A stretch of 64,000 nucleotides of DNA, taken from NCBI GenBank assembly GCA_023334545.1, contig JAADVB010000010.1, forward strand, positions 62,001 to 126,000. The letters run 5' to 3'. Position numbers and translations under genes: made by a program. The stretch comes from Salisapilia sapeloensis CBS 127946 (lineage: Eukaryota > Protista > Oomycota). The notes beneath the pieces are model-generated. The model searched no databases. It was given only the letters and a program-made list of their open reading frames with translations, and was not told the origin of the DNA. Below are positions 11,412 to 22,200 of this stretch, piece by piece (the stretch's first letter is position 1; each line of letters opens with the position of its first letter).

Positions 11412-12135
11412 CGTCTGGAAGGGGGAGCAGAGGAACGAACCTGTTAGCTACTTTTTCTATGGTGACTTTGAAGTGTGAAAAAATAGATGCACAGGAGCGT
11501 TTGTAATTAGTAAACAAAAGGATGATGAAAAGATAGACACTCATATCGAGATCTTGGGAAGACGTTCAATGGAAGCCAGAGGCTATGCTCAGAAGTATTT
11601 CAGCATTTGTGTCCATGTAGTGATGAGGCATCCAAGTAAAGGTGATATTAAACTTTTTGTTGCTCATTGCTTTAAGCTCTTCTATGTGCATCTGACACGC
11701 ATTTGACATACCATATCCTACGGAGATATGAAGTTGCAAGTGCAGTTTGTTTGACTTCACGACACAACTCAAGTAGTGCTTCAGTCAAAGACTTGTACGG
11801 CAGCACATCACTTACACTATCGAATGCAATGAAATTGTTCACCTCAAGACGATACTGTGTAAACCTCCGCATATCGATGTTCAAATAGCGTTAAGACGAT
11901 GCGAGCAATACTCTCGGAGCTCGCTTTTATGCCAGTGCAGTATATTTGGTACTAGAAAGCAGCTAAATGTACTCTTGCATAGTACGTTACCATCACAAGA
12001 ATTCAACCAGAATAGTAAGAACGACTAAATGAATAGTTCGCCAAGCCCTATGTAGATATCTTTGTATCGAGAGAGAATAGAACACAAAGCAAGTCAAAGG
12101 TTGTGCACTTCAGCTACCCTGCATATACTTTGAAT

Positions 12136-13092
12136 TTAAAGAATGCCCCAGTGACGCTCGAAGGCGTTCGTAAGGCGAGTGATGGCTTGTGCTCCGCTCA
12201 ACTAAAATTGTTTTCATAAGTTTACATGGGTTACCATTATTGTTTGGGAAGAAAGCTTACCGGGTACTCGGACAAACAAATGGTTTCGTCCAACTGCAAA
12301 AGATAAGAAGATGTTAGTAAATATCCTCAAAACATAGTAAAAGTAGACTTACGTAGTTCGTGTTCTCCTTGGTAATGTGGCCATGGGCCATCGCACCGAA
12401 GATGAATACAAGAGGTTCGTCTGCCGGCAAAGACTCGACGAATTCCCACGGGTTCACCAGCTTTCCCGTCGTTGTCATGGCTATCGATCATACATTAGCT
12501 TTAAGGTAATCACTCATGACAATTGCGAGAAACATACCGTATTTAGTGGTATTAGCCGGGAGATGGCGAGTGATTGGGTTCTTGATCACATTAAGCAAGG
12601 TCTGGTTGCCATCCGACGATCGAATTTTAAGCGTATGGAGCAATTGGACTATCGAAGCATCCCTTTAGACCACTCAATATGGATAAACTGAAGCTATACA
12701 GAATACACACCCATAAGACCAGCGAAACGCTTGTATGTACGAGGCACCCGCATTTGGGAGCTCACATCGACGAGCACACTTTTGGTCGTGTGGATGTAAA
12801 CCTTTAATTATACAATCATCAGACAAGATGCAATATAACTGCATAATTAAAAGATGCATACTTTGACGAGACCAGCTTTGTTCAATGGCGAATCGAGGAT
12901 GGCCATGAGCTCCTGATGCAGAATGTCCGGACGCGACGCTGATGGGTCCTTGTTAAACTTCTTGTGAATGCCTTTATGGTCATCGCAGTTGAGCAACTGG
13001 TATCCCTTGGAGGTCTTAACAGTCTCTAGAGATGCCTGCTCTAGGATCACAATGACCTGGCGCTTGCTGTCGCTGCTGTCGTTCGTGCTCAT
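12136..13092 (-). CDS. EMG1: rRNA small subunit pseudouridine methyltransferase Nep1/EMG1
   Basis: Six exons assembled by eye: VIVILEQASLE..YQLLNCDDH..RPDILHQ..LDSPLNKAG / VYIHT..RVPRTYKRFAGLM / VQLLHTLKIR..LLNVIKNPITRHLP / ..GAMAHG / ..SEYP / LSGAQAITRLTNAFERHWGIL*. Confidence 0.92.
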
Positions 13093-13383
13093 TTTTGGTT
13101 GTCAAAAGTTGTGTCATGTCCAGCAATTTTCCACCTATCACAATATCTCATTTTAATATACACCAATAAAATGGAAAAAAGAGTGTAGCCATTCTGATAC
13201 TGGTCCTTGAGACGTTTAGGAAGAAGCGAAATAAGCGAGAGATGGCGTCTTATACCTTGCACTCGTCTAAAGAGAAGAGACTTTGTAGTTCATGAGGCAT
13301 ATTTTTGAATTTGGCTTCATCTGCAAACGTATCTTTAGCTACAAAAGTGTGAAGAGTCATCAATCGGCGTCTCGCGACTTGTC

Positions 13384-16300
13384 ATGGATAGCAAAATGAT
13401 ACGGACACAAGTGTGCTTGCTCATTCTCTGGTGTCTATCGATCCAGCAGAATGACGCAATGGTTGTGCATCGATCCTGGACTAGTCAGCACTGGTGTGAG
13501 TCGGTTGAGGATCCGCACTGGCCATTTGCATACCAGAAGCAAGCTTCCCAAACCGTCGAATGGCAAGGTCGGGTCAATAGCAATGCGCAAGATATGAGGC
13601 ACGAGTGCACGATTTACGGCTCTCGCTCCAAGTGCCATATCTGCTCTCCAATTGAGCGCTGTGGAGACGATATAAGCACTTGCAACTACCAGCTTCAGGG
13701 CATCGATTGGGACGATCTACCAAAGAATATCCCGACTGTCTCAGACGTGCCATGGGCTGTCAATGGCATGCATCGGTATGACTACGGTGGAGAATCTACT
13801 TCCCACATTTGCGTATTTACATCAGCAGGTGAGTGCCTATCTCCATTTGGAGAAGACTACAATCAATGCACACTTCGTTGCTGGGGTACAAACTCTGGTC
13901 GGATCGAGAACCAATACCATCCGAATCGTGGAAACTCGGGTACCTTGGAGAATGGCGATAAGGACGCATCTGACATTTGGAGGTATCCTCCAGATTATCA
14001 TGATGATGGTCGATCACAAGGTCGAGTTGGTACATTGGCAGGAAGTGGTAAGCAAGGATTTCGGAATGGCAGGTTGTCTTCAGCACGATTCAATTTTCCT
14101 CAAGATGTCGCTATAGATTCGGACGGGAAAATCTACGTCGCAGATACTCTAAACCATCGCATTCGTCGTATCGATACATCAAGTGGAACAGTTGATACAT
14201 TTGCAGGAACAGGAGCAATCGGTCATGCCGATGGCGATGCATCCGCCGCAACGTTCTCTTCGCCAACAGGAGTGGCAGTATACAGGCACGAGACAGACGG
14301 AGTAGTCGTTTACGTTGCCGATACTGGCAATCACCGTATTCGTAAGATAGTTAATGGTGTCGTCTCTTGTTTTTCAGGACTATGCGGAGATGGAGTTGAG
14401 ACGTACCGATTATCGCTTTCACCAGCTCTTCCCCATGCCGGACTAGCCGATGGATCACCTTCTCAATCTCGCTTCGATACTCCTATGGGCATTGCTGTAG
14501 ATCCAGAAGGCAATGTCTTTGTTGCTGACACGGGGAATTACCTTATCCGGTACATCTTTCCTGATGGTACAACGAATACACTCGCAGGCAATGTCATTAA
14601 CGGCGAGCAAGTACCTGGTTGCGTGGCACCATGTCTAGAGGGAGTTCCAGGCTTTCGCGATGGCAATCTGACGTATGCTCAGTTCCTTTCCCCTCGGGAC
14701 GTCGCTGTTGGTCCAGATCATACAGTTATCGTCGCAGATGGACATCGCATCCGGCGTGTTAGCTACGATGGCATCGTATCTACGATCGAAGGTATCACGT
14801 CGAAAAACCGCGTGGTAACTTTAGCTGGATCCAATCGGTGGGGAGCACTCGATGGCTCTGGTGATGAAGCAACTTTCCATGCTCCTTCCGGCGTAACTGT
14901 AAGCAGTGATAACGAAGTGTACGTTGCTAGTCCATTATCCTGTTCAATACGCAGACTGTCGACAGCTCAGAAAAGTGCTCAGTCACTTCAATGCGATACG
15001 AAGGTGGTAGAGATCATTCTACCAAGTGGCTGCAATTCTTATGAGCCTGCGGTAGACGAATTATTTCTAAAGGAGACTCCCGTGGCGAGCAACATTTACT
15101 ACAACTATCAAGACCGTTGGAAGCAAGATCCAATCGAGGGACTGCTGCTTCCGGGGAGAATAATTCGTAATTGTGTCGGGTCACCTCCAGCTGATGCTCT
15201 TCAAGTAGGAGACAAGTCTATTCCAATACGAGATGCAAACGGAGACATTGTGTTCTCTTGGAAGCAAGACGATCAAGATGGTACGATTCTAAAGGTCCAG
15301 TGTCCAGGCGACTGCTCCATGACGGAGGGCACTAATGTGTTTGGAACTAACATATACACTGACGAATCTTCCGTCTGTCTCGCAGCGAAGCACAGCGGCG
15401 TCCTCCAAGATGCACAAGTAGGGCTATTGGAAGTGAGATTGGAAAGAGGCATCCACTACTACAATGCGTCCTTCCAGACCGGTAGTACTGCAAACGGCAT
15501 CGAATCCAAGACAATGCCATCTGCATCTGCCAGCGCTCGCCTATTCAGCATTCACTCATACCCACAAGCTCAAACGGAAGTGCAGATGATTGCAGGAAAG
15601 CCATCGGCTCTGCTAACTACCGGATGTGGATACGAAGATGCTGGACCACCTCAAGTAGCTCGTTTTAACCGTCCGAGTGGCATCGAAGTCATGCATGGGA
15701 CATCGTTATCCAGGTCTCAGCACTTGATCATTGCAGACTCGCATAATCACCGGATTAGGTACATGACGGCAGTGTGCTCCAAACCGTGTGAGAATGGCGG
15801 TACATGCACAAGTGCTGAGACGTGTACTTGCTCTGAAGGATGGACGGGACATGACTGTACGATTCCAATCTGCCATTCTGTCGCTTGCGGTAGTCGACAA
15901 GTCTGTGTCGGTCCTGATACGTGTGCATGCGTTCCAGGATATACAGGTGTTAGCTGTGAAACGCCGACTTGTGTGCAAACGTGTGAGCACGGAGGTGAGT
16001 GTACTGCCCCTGACACTTGCTCTTGCCCCTATGGCTGGTTCGATTCCAATTGTACCACACCAGTTTGTTCTCAAACGTGTGGGAACGGAGGCAATTGCAC
16101 TGCTCCAGACACTTGTCGATGCACGCAAGAGTGGCAAGGTAATGACTGCCGCATCCCAGTATGCACACAAGAGTGTATGAACGGAGCGTCTTGTGTTGCT
16201 CCTAATACTTGTCAATGTGCAGCAGGATGGAGTGGCTTCGATTGTTCATTACCGATATGCGCTCAAGGTACCTTTGTTCCACACCCAAGCGGATATGTTG

Positions 16301-19227
16301 GCGCTATGCATCGTCCATTCAGCTACAAAAGTCTCGTTCCATGTGACTTCGACAAGTGGTGCGAAGAGACAAATGAGTTTGACTGTCTTCATCGTCTTCA
16401 GCACGACAGTCCAGTAATTGAGTACGAGGAGGCCGAGCTTAATGGGTCGATAAATGGCAGATCCAACTGCTTTCTCATCGAAGTCGGAGCAACAGCTTTA
16501 ACTCACTTTCAGTACTCGACTGTGCAAAATGAATCCACAGGTTTCTATCGCTTTTCTCCACAAGCACCGTATGAACCTGATGCCTCTCCAGCAACGTGGA
16601 CAGCAATCTTATCGAAAGAAATCGGTCGGTTACCACCTTTTACTGGAACTAGTGATAGGCAGATTGCTTTTGTAGAGAAGAGAAGTGTCATTCAAGGAGT
16701 GTACGCTTGTGCTCATGGAGGAAGCTGCATAGCTCCTGATGTGTGCGAATGTGCTGAAGGATGGATTGGCTTTGATTGCCGCACACCAGTGTGTAGCCAA
16801 GGTTACTACGTTCCGACTCAAGATACTTTTGTTGCCTCAGATCCACCTGAGGCTATGCATGAACGCCATCCTGTCTCCAATCCGGCGTACATAGCAACAG
16901 TAGAGTCCATCGGATATGCGAGTGTGACGATAGAGGAGGAGGAGCGTGGACAAGTTCAATACGAGCCAAACCAGGGAGGATACACCTGTTCCATTCGCAG
17001 CGTAACTCAGTGGGAGAAGCCGGATACCACTGACTCTCCTGCCTTTTACTTTGACCATCCAAACTACTATTCTCTGTACATGGATAGACATCAAAGTGCT
17101 GACGGCCACTACCATACGCATTGGATGGACATGTATTGGCCACCTCTGTACCGTCTTTCAACACCTACGCTGGATAACACCCGGGAGGGGTGGAGGCGTG
17201 CTGGAATTTGGCAGTATATTGACGGTCGGCAATGGCAGAAAGGAAAATGCTTGCTGGAGTTTCAACGTTCATGTCAAGGAGCCAGTATCCATCCAACTGA
17301 CCTTGTAACGATGAATGCAAGTTTCGGGAAGCTTGTCGTAGATACAGATGCTTCATACCGTCCGCAAGTGGAGTATAACATTTCATTTGCAACTCGGTAT
17401 GGCTTTTGGAACTCTACTCTTTACGGAAGCTGCATCGATCAGGTCCATCGTGGATGCTTCAATAACGGAACGTGTGTAGCGCCAGGCATATGTGCTTGTG
17501 CTTCAGGCTGGAGTGGCTATGACTGTTCCATTCCACTATGTGACCAGACTTGCTTCAACGGTGGCAATTGCACACTTCCAAATCGCTGCACCTGCGAAAA
17601 AGGCTGGACGGGTGATGACTGCTCCATTCCACTGTGCGCACAGGAGTGCCGGAACGGTGGCAAGTGCGTTGCACCAGACGTGTGTGAATGCCGTCAGTGG
17701 GACTCCATTTGGCAGGATGGTCGTGGTTTTGCTATTTTCCAACAGCCCGATGGCGCACCGCAGCTCACCGGTTACACAGGATACGACTGCAATACTCCTA
17801 TATGTGTCATGGCCGAAGCGTTCGTGTTAACAACCGATAAAGGTCGAACTAGTGGTGACTTCATCTCTCTTCGAGGACATGTAAAAAATAGCAATCGCAT
17901 TTGCAATGGATATCGATGTCCACAATTCGACATGGAAGTCGTTGCCAACGACGGCAAGTCATTCCAAAGCGGATGTTCAATCGGCAATCCACTACCGAAT
18001 CCCAAGAGTTCCCAATCCGATCAAGAAAAGATTATAAACCTGCTCGAGTACAGAGATGATCAAAATGTCAATCGGACTTCCGATACGCACCTATGTGGCA
18101 ATACACGATGGGAGCAAGGAGACTACATCAAAGGCCGACACATCCGGTCAAACCACGTCGTTATCAACAAGATTGCCGACCAGTGGTGGGAGTATGGACA
18201 GACCATCGTTGGAGAAGGAGTGTACAAGTGCTACAACAAAGGCAGTTGTATTGCTCCCGATACATGCGCCTGCGGAGATGGATGGACTGGCATTGACTGC
18301 CAAGTTCCTAAGTGTCGTTTCCGCCAAGACGACGGCAGTGTGCTGGTTGGATGCAAGCATGATGGCGTCTGTGTCGATAAAGACACTTGCGAGTGCATAA
18401 CCGTCGAGTCTCAACTGCGACGCCATTATCCAGACGCACCTGTTGGTACTACAGGATACTTTGGAGAAGATTGCGACCTGCCCATCTGTGTGCAAGGCAT
18501 CTTTGATCCGTTGTGCAACTCGACTTCAAGTAGAGGCGCTGGTGTTGATGGATGCTATCGATGCAAGAATGGAGGCGCATGTGTTGCTCCTGACGTTTGT
18601 GAATGTGCCCAAGGGTGGCGTGGATACGACTGCAGCGAACCTGTTTGTGAATTTGACTTCATCTCAGACAACACGACGCAGCAGCTTTTCACAGTCGATG
18701 ATTCCAAGGTCGAAGCGTTCAAACGGGATCCTTGTGGCACAAATGGGGGTCGGTGGGGTAAGGAAGAGGTAAATGGAGCTCTTATTGGCCAAGGCAATTG
18801 CACACTTCCGTCGCTTTGTACGTGTCTGTGCAAGGAAAAGTACGATCCAGCGGCTTGTGACGAGACTGGCGAGCACTGTGAGAAACCATGGCAGGACCCT
18901 TTCGATCGATCCCTTCCTGATGGGTACGTGTACGGAACTAGAGACTGCGTCGATGGGTATCAAGGCATTGAAGACGAGCAAGGTCGATTCCAAAGTTGCC
19001 ACTTGCGAATATACGTCCCAAGTATGTGGCGCAGATACACGGCGTCGTTCGTGGCTCTCTTGACGATTCTTGGTGCTGTGCTGCTCATCGCATGGGTCCG
19101 GATTCGAAAGCAGATTCGACGACGCTTACTTCTCGCCAAGATGCAGCGACGACGTGCTGAGGAAGATTCGGATGAAGAGGTCTTTAACGCCAAAGGCAGC
19201 GCTTTCGTCCATCCGAAAGACGAGTAG
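13384..19227 (+). CDS. Large type-I membrane protein with NHL repeats, an LCCL domain and EGF-like repeats
   Basis: 1947-aa intronless ORF: signal peptide, six NHL blades (F..P.GIAVD..VYVADTGNHRIR), LCCL motif (CPGDC..YTDESSVCLAAKHSG), about 12-13 EGF modules (CxNGGxCxAPDxCxCxxGWxGxDC), TM FVALLTILGAVLLIAWV and a short basic cytoplasmic tail. Confidence 0.9.
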   Translation: MDSKMIRTQVCLLILWCLSIQQNDAMVVHRSWTSQHWCESVEDPHWPFAYQKQASQTVEWQGRVNSNAQDMRHECTIYGSRSKCHICSPIERCGDDISTCNYQLQGIDWDDLPKNIPTVSDVPWAVNGMHRYDYGGESTSHICVFTSAGECLSPFGEDYNQCTLRCWGTNSGRIENQYHPNRGNSGTLENGDKDASDIWRYPPDYHDDGRSQGRVGTLAGSGKQGFRNGRLSSARFNFPQDVAIDSDGKIYVADTLNHRIRRIDTSSGTVDTFAGTGAIGHADGDASAATFSSPTGVAVYRHETDGVVVYVADTGNHRIRKIVNGVVSCFSGLCGDGVETYRLSLSPALPHAGLADGSPSQSRFDTPMGIAVDPEGNVFVADTGNYLIRYIFPDGTTNTLAGNVINGEQVPGCVAPCLEGVPGFRDGNLTYAQFLSPRDVAVGPDHTVIVADGHRIRRVSYDGIVSTIEGITSKNRVVTLAGSNRWGALDGSGDEATFHAPSGVTVSSDNEVYVASPLSCSIRRLSTAQKSAQSLQCDTKVVEIILPSGCNSYEPAVDELFLKETPVASNIYYNYQDRWKQDPIEGLLLPGRIIRNCVGSPPADALQVGDKSIPIRDANGDIVFSWKQDDQDGTILKVQCPGDCSMTEGTNVFGTNIYTDESSVCLAAKHSGVLQDAQVGLLEVRLERGIHYYNASFQTGSTANGIESKTMPSASASARLFSIHSYPQAQTEVQMIAGKPSALLTTGCGYEDAGPPQVARFNRPSGIEVMHGTSLSRSQHLIIADSHNHRIRYMTAVCSKPCENGGTCTSAETCTCSEGWTGHDCTIPICHSVACGSRQVCVGPDTCACVPGYTGVSCETPTCVQTCEHGGECTAPDTCSCPYGWFDSNCTTPVCSQTCGNGGNCTAPDTCRCTQEWQGNDCRIPVCTQECMNGASCVAPNTCQCAAGWSGFDCSLPICAQGTFVPHPSGYVGAMHRPFSYKSLVPCDFDKWCEETNEFDCLHRLQHDSPVIEYEEAELNGSINGRSNCFLIEVGATALTHFQYSTVQNESTGFYRFSPQAPYEPDASPATWTAILSKEIGRLPPFTGTSDRQIAFVEKRSVIQGVYACAHGGSCIAPDVCECAEGWIGFDCRTPVCSQGYYVPTQDTFVASDPPEAMHERHPVSNPAYIATVESIGYASVTIEEEERGQVQYEPNQGGYTCSIRSVTQWEKPDTTDSPAFYFDHPNYYSLYMDRHQSADGHYHTHWMDMYWPPLYRLSTPTLDNTREGWRRAGIWQYIDGRQWQKGKCLLEFQRSCQGASIHPTDLVTMNASFGKLVVDTDASYRPQVEYNISFATRYGFWNSTLYGSCIDQVHRGCFNNGTCVAPGICACASGWSGYDCSIPLCDQTCFNGGNCTLPNRCTCEKGWTGDDCSIPLCAQECRNGGKCVAPDVCECRQWDSIWQDGRGFAIFQQPDGAPQLTGYTGYDCNTPICVMAEAFVLTTDKGRTSGDFISLRGHVKNSNRICNGYRCPQFDMEVVANDGKSFQSGCSIGNPLPNPKSSQSDQEKIINLLEYRDDQNVNRTSDTHLCGNTRWEQGDYIKGRHIRSNHVVINKIADQWWEYGQTIVGEGVYKCYNKGSCIAPDTCACGDGWTGIDCQVPKCRFRQDDGSVLVGCKHDGVCVDKDTCECITVESQLRRHYPDAPVGTTGYFGEDCDLPICVQGIFDPLCNSTSSRGAGVDGCYRCKNGGACVAPDVCECAQGWRGYDCSEPVCEFDFISDNTTQQLFTVDDSKVEAFKRDPCGTNGGRWGKEEVNGALIGQGNCTLPSLCTCLCKEKYDPAACDETGEHCEKPWQDPFDRSLPDGYVYGTRDCVDGYQGIEDEQGRFQSCHLRIYVPSMWRRYTASFVALLTILGAVLLIAWVRIRKQIRRRLLLAKMQRRRAEEDSDEEVFNAKGSAFVHPKDE

Positions 19228-19280
19228 CGTCCAAGTAATAAAAGCAAACCTTTATCTTGTTGATATCTGTTTATCCGCAT

Positions 19281-22200
19281 CTACGACACGACCATCTGCA
19301 TCGACGGGTTGGACGAGTGTCCCTTGCCGTTCTCATCTTTATCTCCATTCTCCTGTCGTTCCTGCGATTCAGCAGCATGAGCCAACGACTCTAAACTGCC
19401 AGCAGCTTCCTTCTCCATCACTTCTCTCGGCATCTTGGGTGGCTCGATATACCTGTCAACGTTGTCAGCAGCATCCATCAGCCACCGTTCGAGCGGATCT
19501 TCCGGAGCAAGCTGACTATACTCGCGGCGGCTGCTCGGTTCCTCGTACCTAGATCCAGCGTCCACACTACCATCCTCAATGCCAGCCTGGAGCACATCGG
19601 CACATATCGCCTGGACCTTTCGTTCAAGCACAGCTAGCGACGGTAGCTCCTCTAACACTTGGTGGAACCACTTATCCATCGCTTCTTCCGTCTCGAACAA
19701 GTGTCGGTACAATGGCGTAAAGCTCGGTGTGCCGTCCAAGAAGACCTCTCGGATATGATGCGCGCGTGCATCTCGATGGAACGGCAGCGTCCGGTCGCCA
19801 CGCATCGCTGGCCAGTTCGCAATGCCGTGCTTGGCCATGCCGTAGAAGATGCCCAAATCGTGAAGCCATGGACACCACCACACAGGCATGTGCTGCACCA
19901 AGTGAGGCGAGCCAGAGCGAAGGTACTGCACCAAAGCCGGCAGCTCGTGCGTGAGTACGTGGCGAACGTCGTCCAGCAGCTGTGCCCGACGCAAGGTCAC
20001 CCACGCCATGTTTCGCGCTTTCAGTCCATGCGCCATGACGCCTTCTTGGCCGTCGACGAATTCAACGCCAATCATATCGGACAAAGCGACGGCACGTTGA
20101 TCGCTCCCGAGGGGATCGACTTTAACACCTGCGAGCTCACGACAGCGAGGAAGGAACTTGTGCTCATAGTACGACTTGGCCATATCCCCCGTCTTCTCCA
20201 ATCTACCCCACTGGACAATATTCGTCCACGACAACGAGTCCGTGTGCCAGGCGAAAGGCTTCGGTGCGCCATCTTCCACGTTTTCCGGAGCTCCAGACAC
20301 GGCACTCTTGGCCAAAATCCGAGGCGCGCCGTAGAGCGCAATCATATAAGAAAAGCTTCGTCGTTCCTCCTTGGTCCAGTCCTTCAGCCGTGCCTTTTGC
20401 GACGGAAGAGCAGGCGGTAGCTGTCCAATGTTGTGCAGACTCGCGAGCACTCGAATGGTGTCCATCTGCGCCAGTTGCTTGGCCTTGAGCTCGACGCGAC
20501 GCAGAGCAGCCTTCCGCTGCTGCTTCTCCAACTCGACCTTGCGCTGGTTCTCGATCTGCGCACGTTCCTTGCGCTCCTGACCGATCTCCTTCTGCCGACG
20601 ACTCTCTTCCACGGACAAGAGCCAGAAGAGCAGGCGGTTCATGGCCTGCACCTCTGGGTTCTTCTCCCTGTCTTCGTCTTCTTTGGCAAAGCACAGACGA
20701 GAATCGCTTAGAATCTGACTCGACCGACCGTACCCATGGAGGAAGACACCAACAAGCAAGTTCCGGTCCGCCTCTAGCCCCCACCACGGCGTCAACTGTG
20801 TCCAGTGCGGACGATCTTGAGCGTCCGGTACATGCACCGCGTCCACTACACTCTGGACGCCATGAAAGTGGACGCGTTCATCAATGTCTGCCGTCTCCTT
20901 CTTCGGCAGCTCTTTCTCTCCGTCATACGCTTCGTCCAGAGCGTCACAGGCGCTTGAGATGACTTCATGCAGTCGATGGAGCATATCCAAACGCACGAGT
21001 ACGCGCCGCCCGCCGCTTTGTTTCATCTTGGTCATAAACTCCTCATCCTGCAGCACTGTCGGCAACGTTGCTTCGTCCACTAGACCCTTCTCCCGAGCCA
21101 TCGTCGACGCACGCACCACGCTCTTCACAAACGGCGCTTCGTCTTTGCTACTAGACGAAGAGCCAGTCGAAGGCTCGACACATCCGAGACCACAAACATA
21201 TAAGAAAGCCTTGGCAAAGGCTGCGACCTCCGAGATAGATCGACTGCCGCCACTCTGTTTGCGAATGAGCTCCCACCGACCAAAGCCGTAGTGCATCAAG
21301 GCTCTCTGGACACGCTCACGACCATTCGCCGTCCACTCCCGCGTCTCCTTCTCCTTATTCGCTTCCGTGTACTCGTCCTTTTCCTCTTCATTGAAATCTT
21401 CCTCTTCCTCTGCCGAATCACCCAAAGTTCCAAACCGATTCACTCGCGTACGTTTACGCTGCAACGGAAGCGCTTCCTCATCTTCCCCAGGCTCTGGATC
21501 CGCCAGTCCCACCGCCTTCTTCCAAAAGTCCGGGTCTTCAATATCCACATCATCATCCGTCGTGGCAGACACGAAACTCGCTTTGCTGAAGCTACTGTTG
21601 CTCTCGTCGGCGTACTGCACCACTTGCGCACTGCGCTGTAGGATCTGGTCAATGTCGGCATCGCAAAACTGCTGAGCAGCCTGGTCGTCCTCTCGAAAGA
21701 CGTCGTAGGCTCCGCGTTTCAACAGCTCATCAATCTCCTTGGCCTCCTCCGCCTTGCTCTTCTTCTCCTGCGACCCATTCTCTCCTTCCTTCTCCCTCCG
21801 CATGTGACTCAAAACAGCCTTGTCCAGTCCGAGCTTGAGACTGGCCTTGTGGAACATGTGCATCTCGTACGTCTTTCTCGTCACGAGGCGATAAATCTTC
21901 ACAGACTGCGTCTGGCCGATACGATGGGCTCTTGCTTGCGCCTGGAGATCGTTATGTGGGTTCCAGTCGCTATCGAATATAAGCACCGTGTCGGCAGCCG
22001 TGAGATTCAGTCCCAAACCACCAGCCTTCGTGCTCAGGAGCATGACAAAACGCTCATACTCTGGCTTGACGAACCGGTTGATAGCTGCCTGTCGCTCATT
22101 CCCTCGGATGTTACCGTCCAGTCGCTCAAAGAGGTAGCCAGAGAAGCGTAGATAGTCCTCGATTATGTCCAACACACGCACCATCTGACTAAACACAAGC

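Noticed and set aside
11566-11772. Minus-strand frame with RNase H-like FNITFTWMPHH, suggesting a retroelement remnant
   Set aside because: Only a short motif resemblance, with no other RNase H or RT residues, LTRs or target-site duplication nearby.
12377-12691. 104-aa plus-strand ORF
   Set aside because: It lies antisense to clear EMG1 exons.
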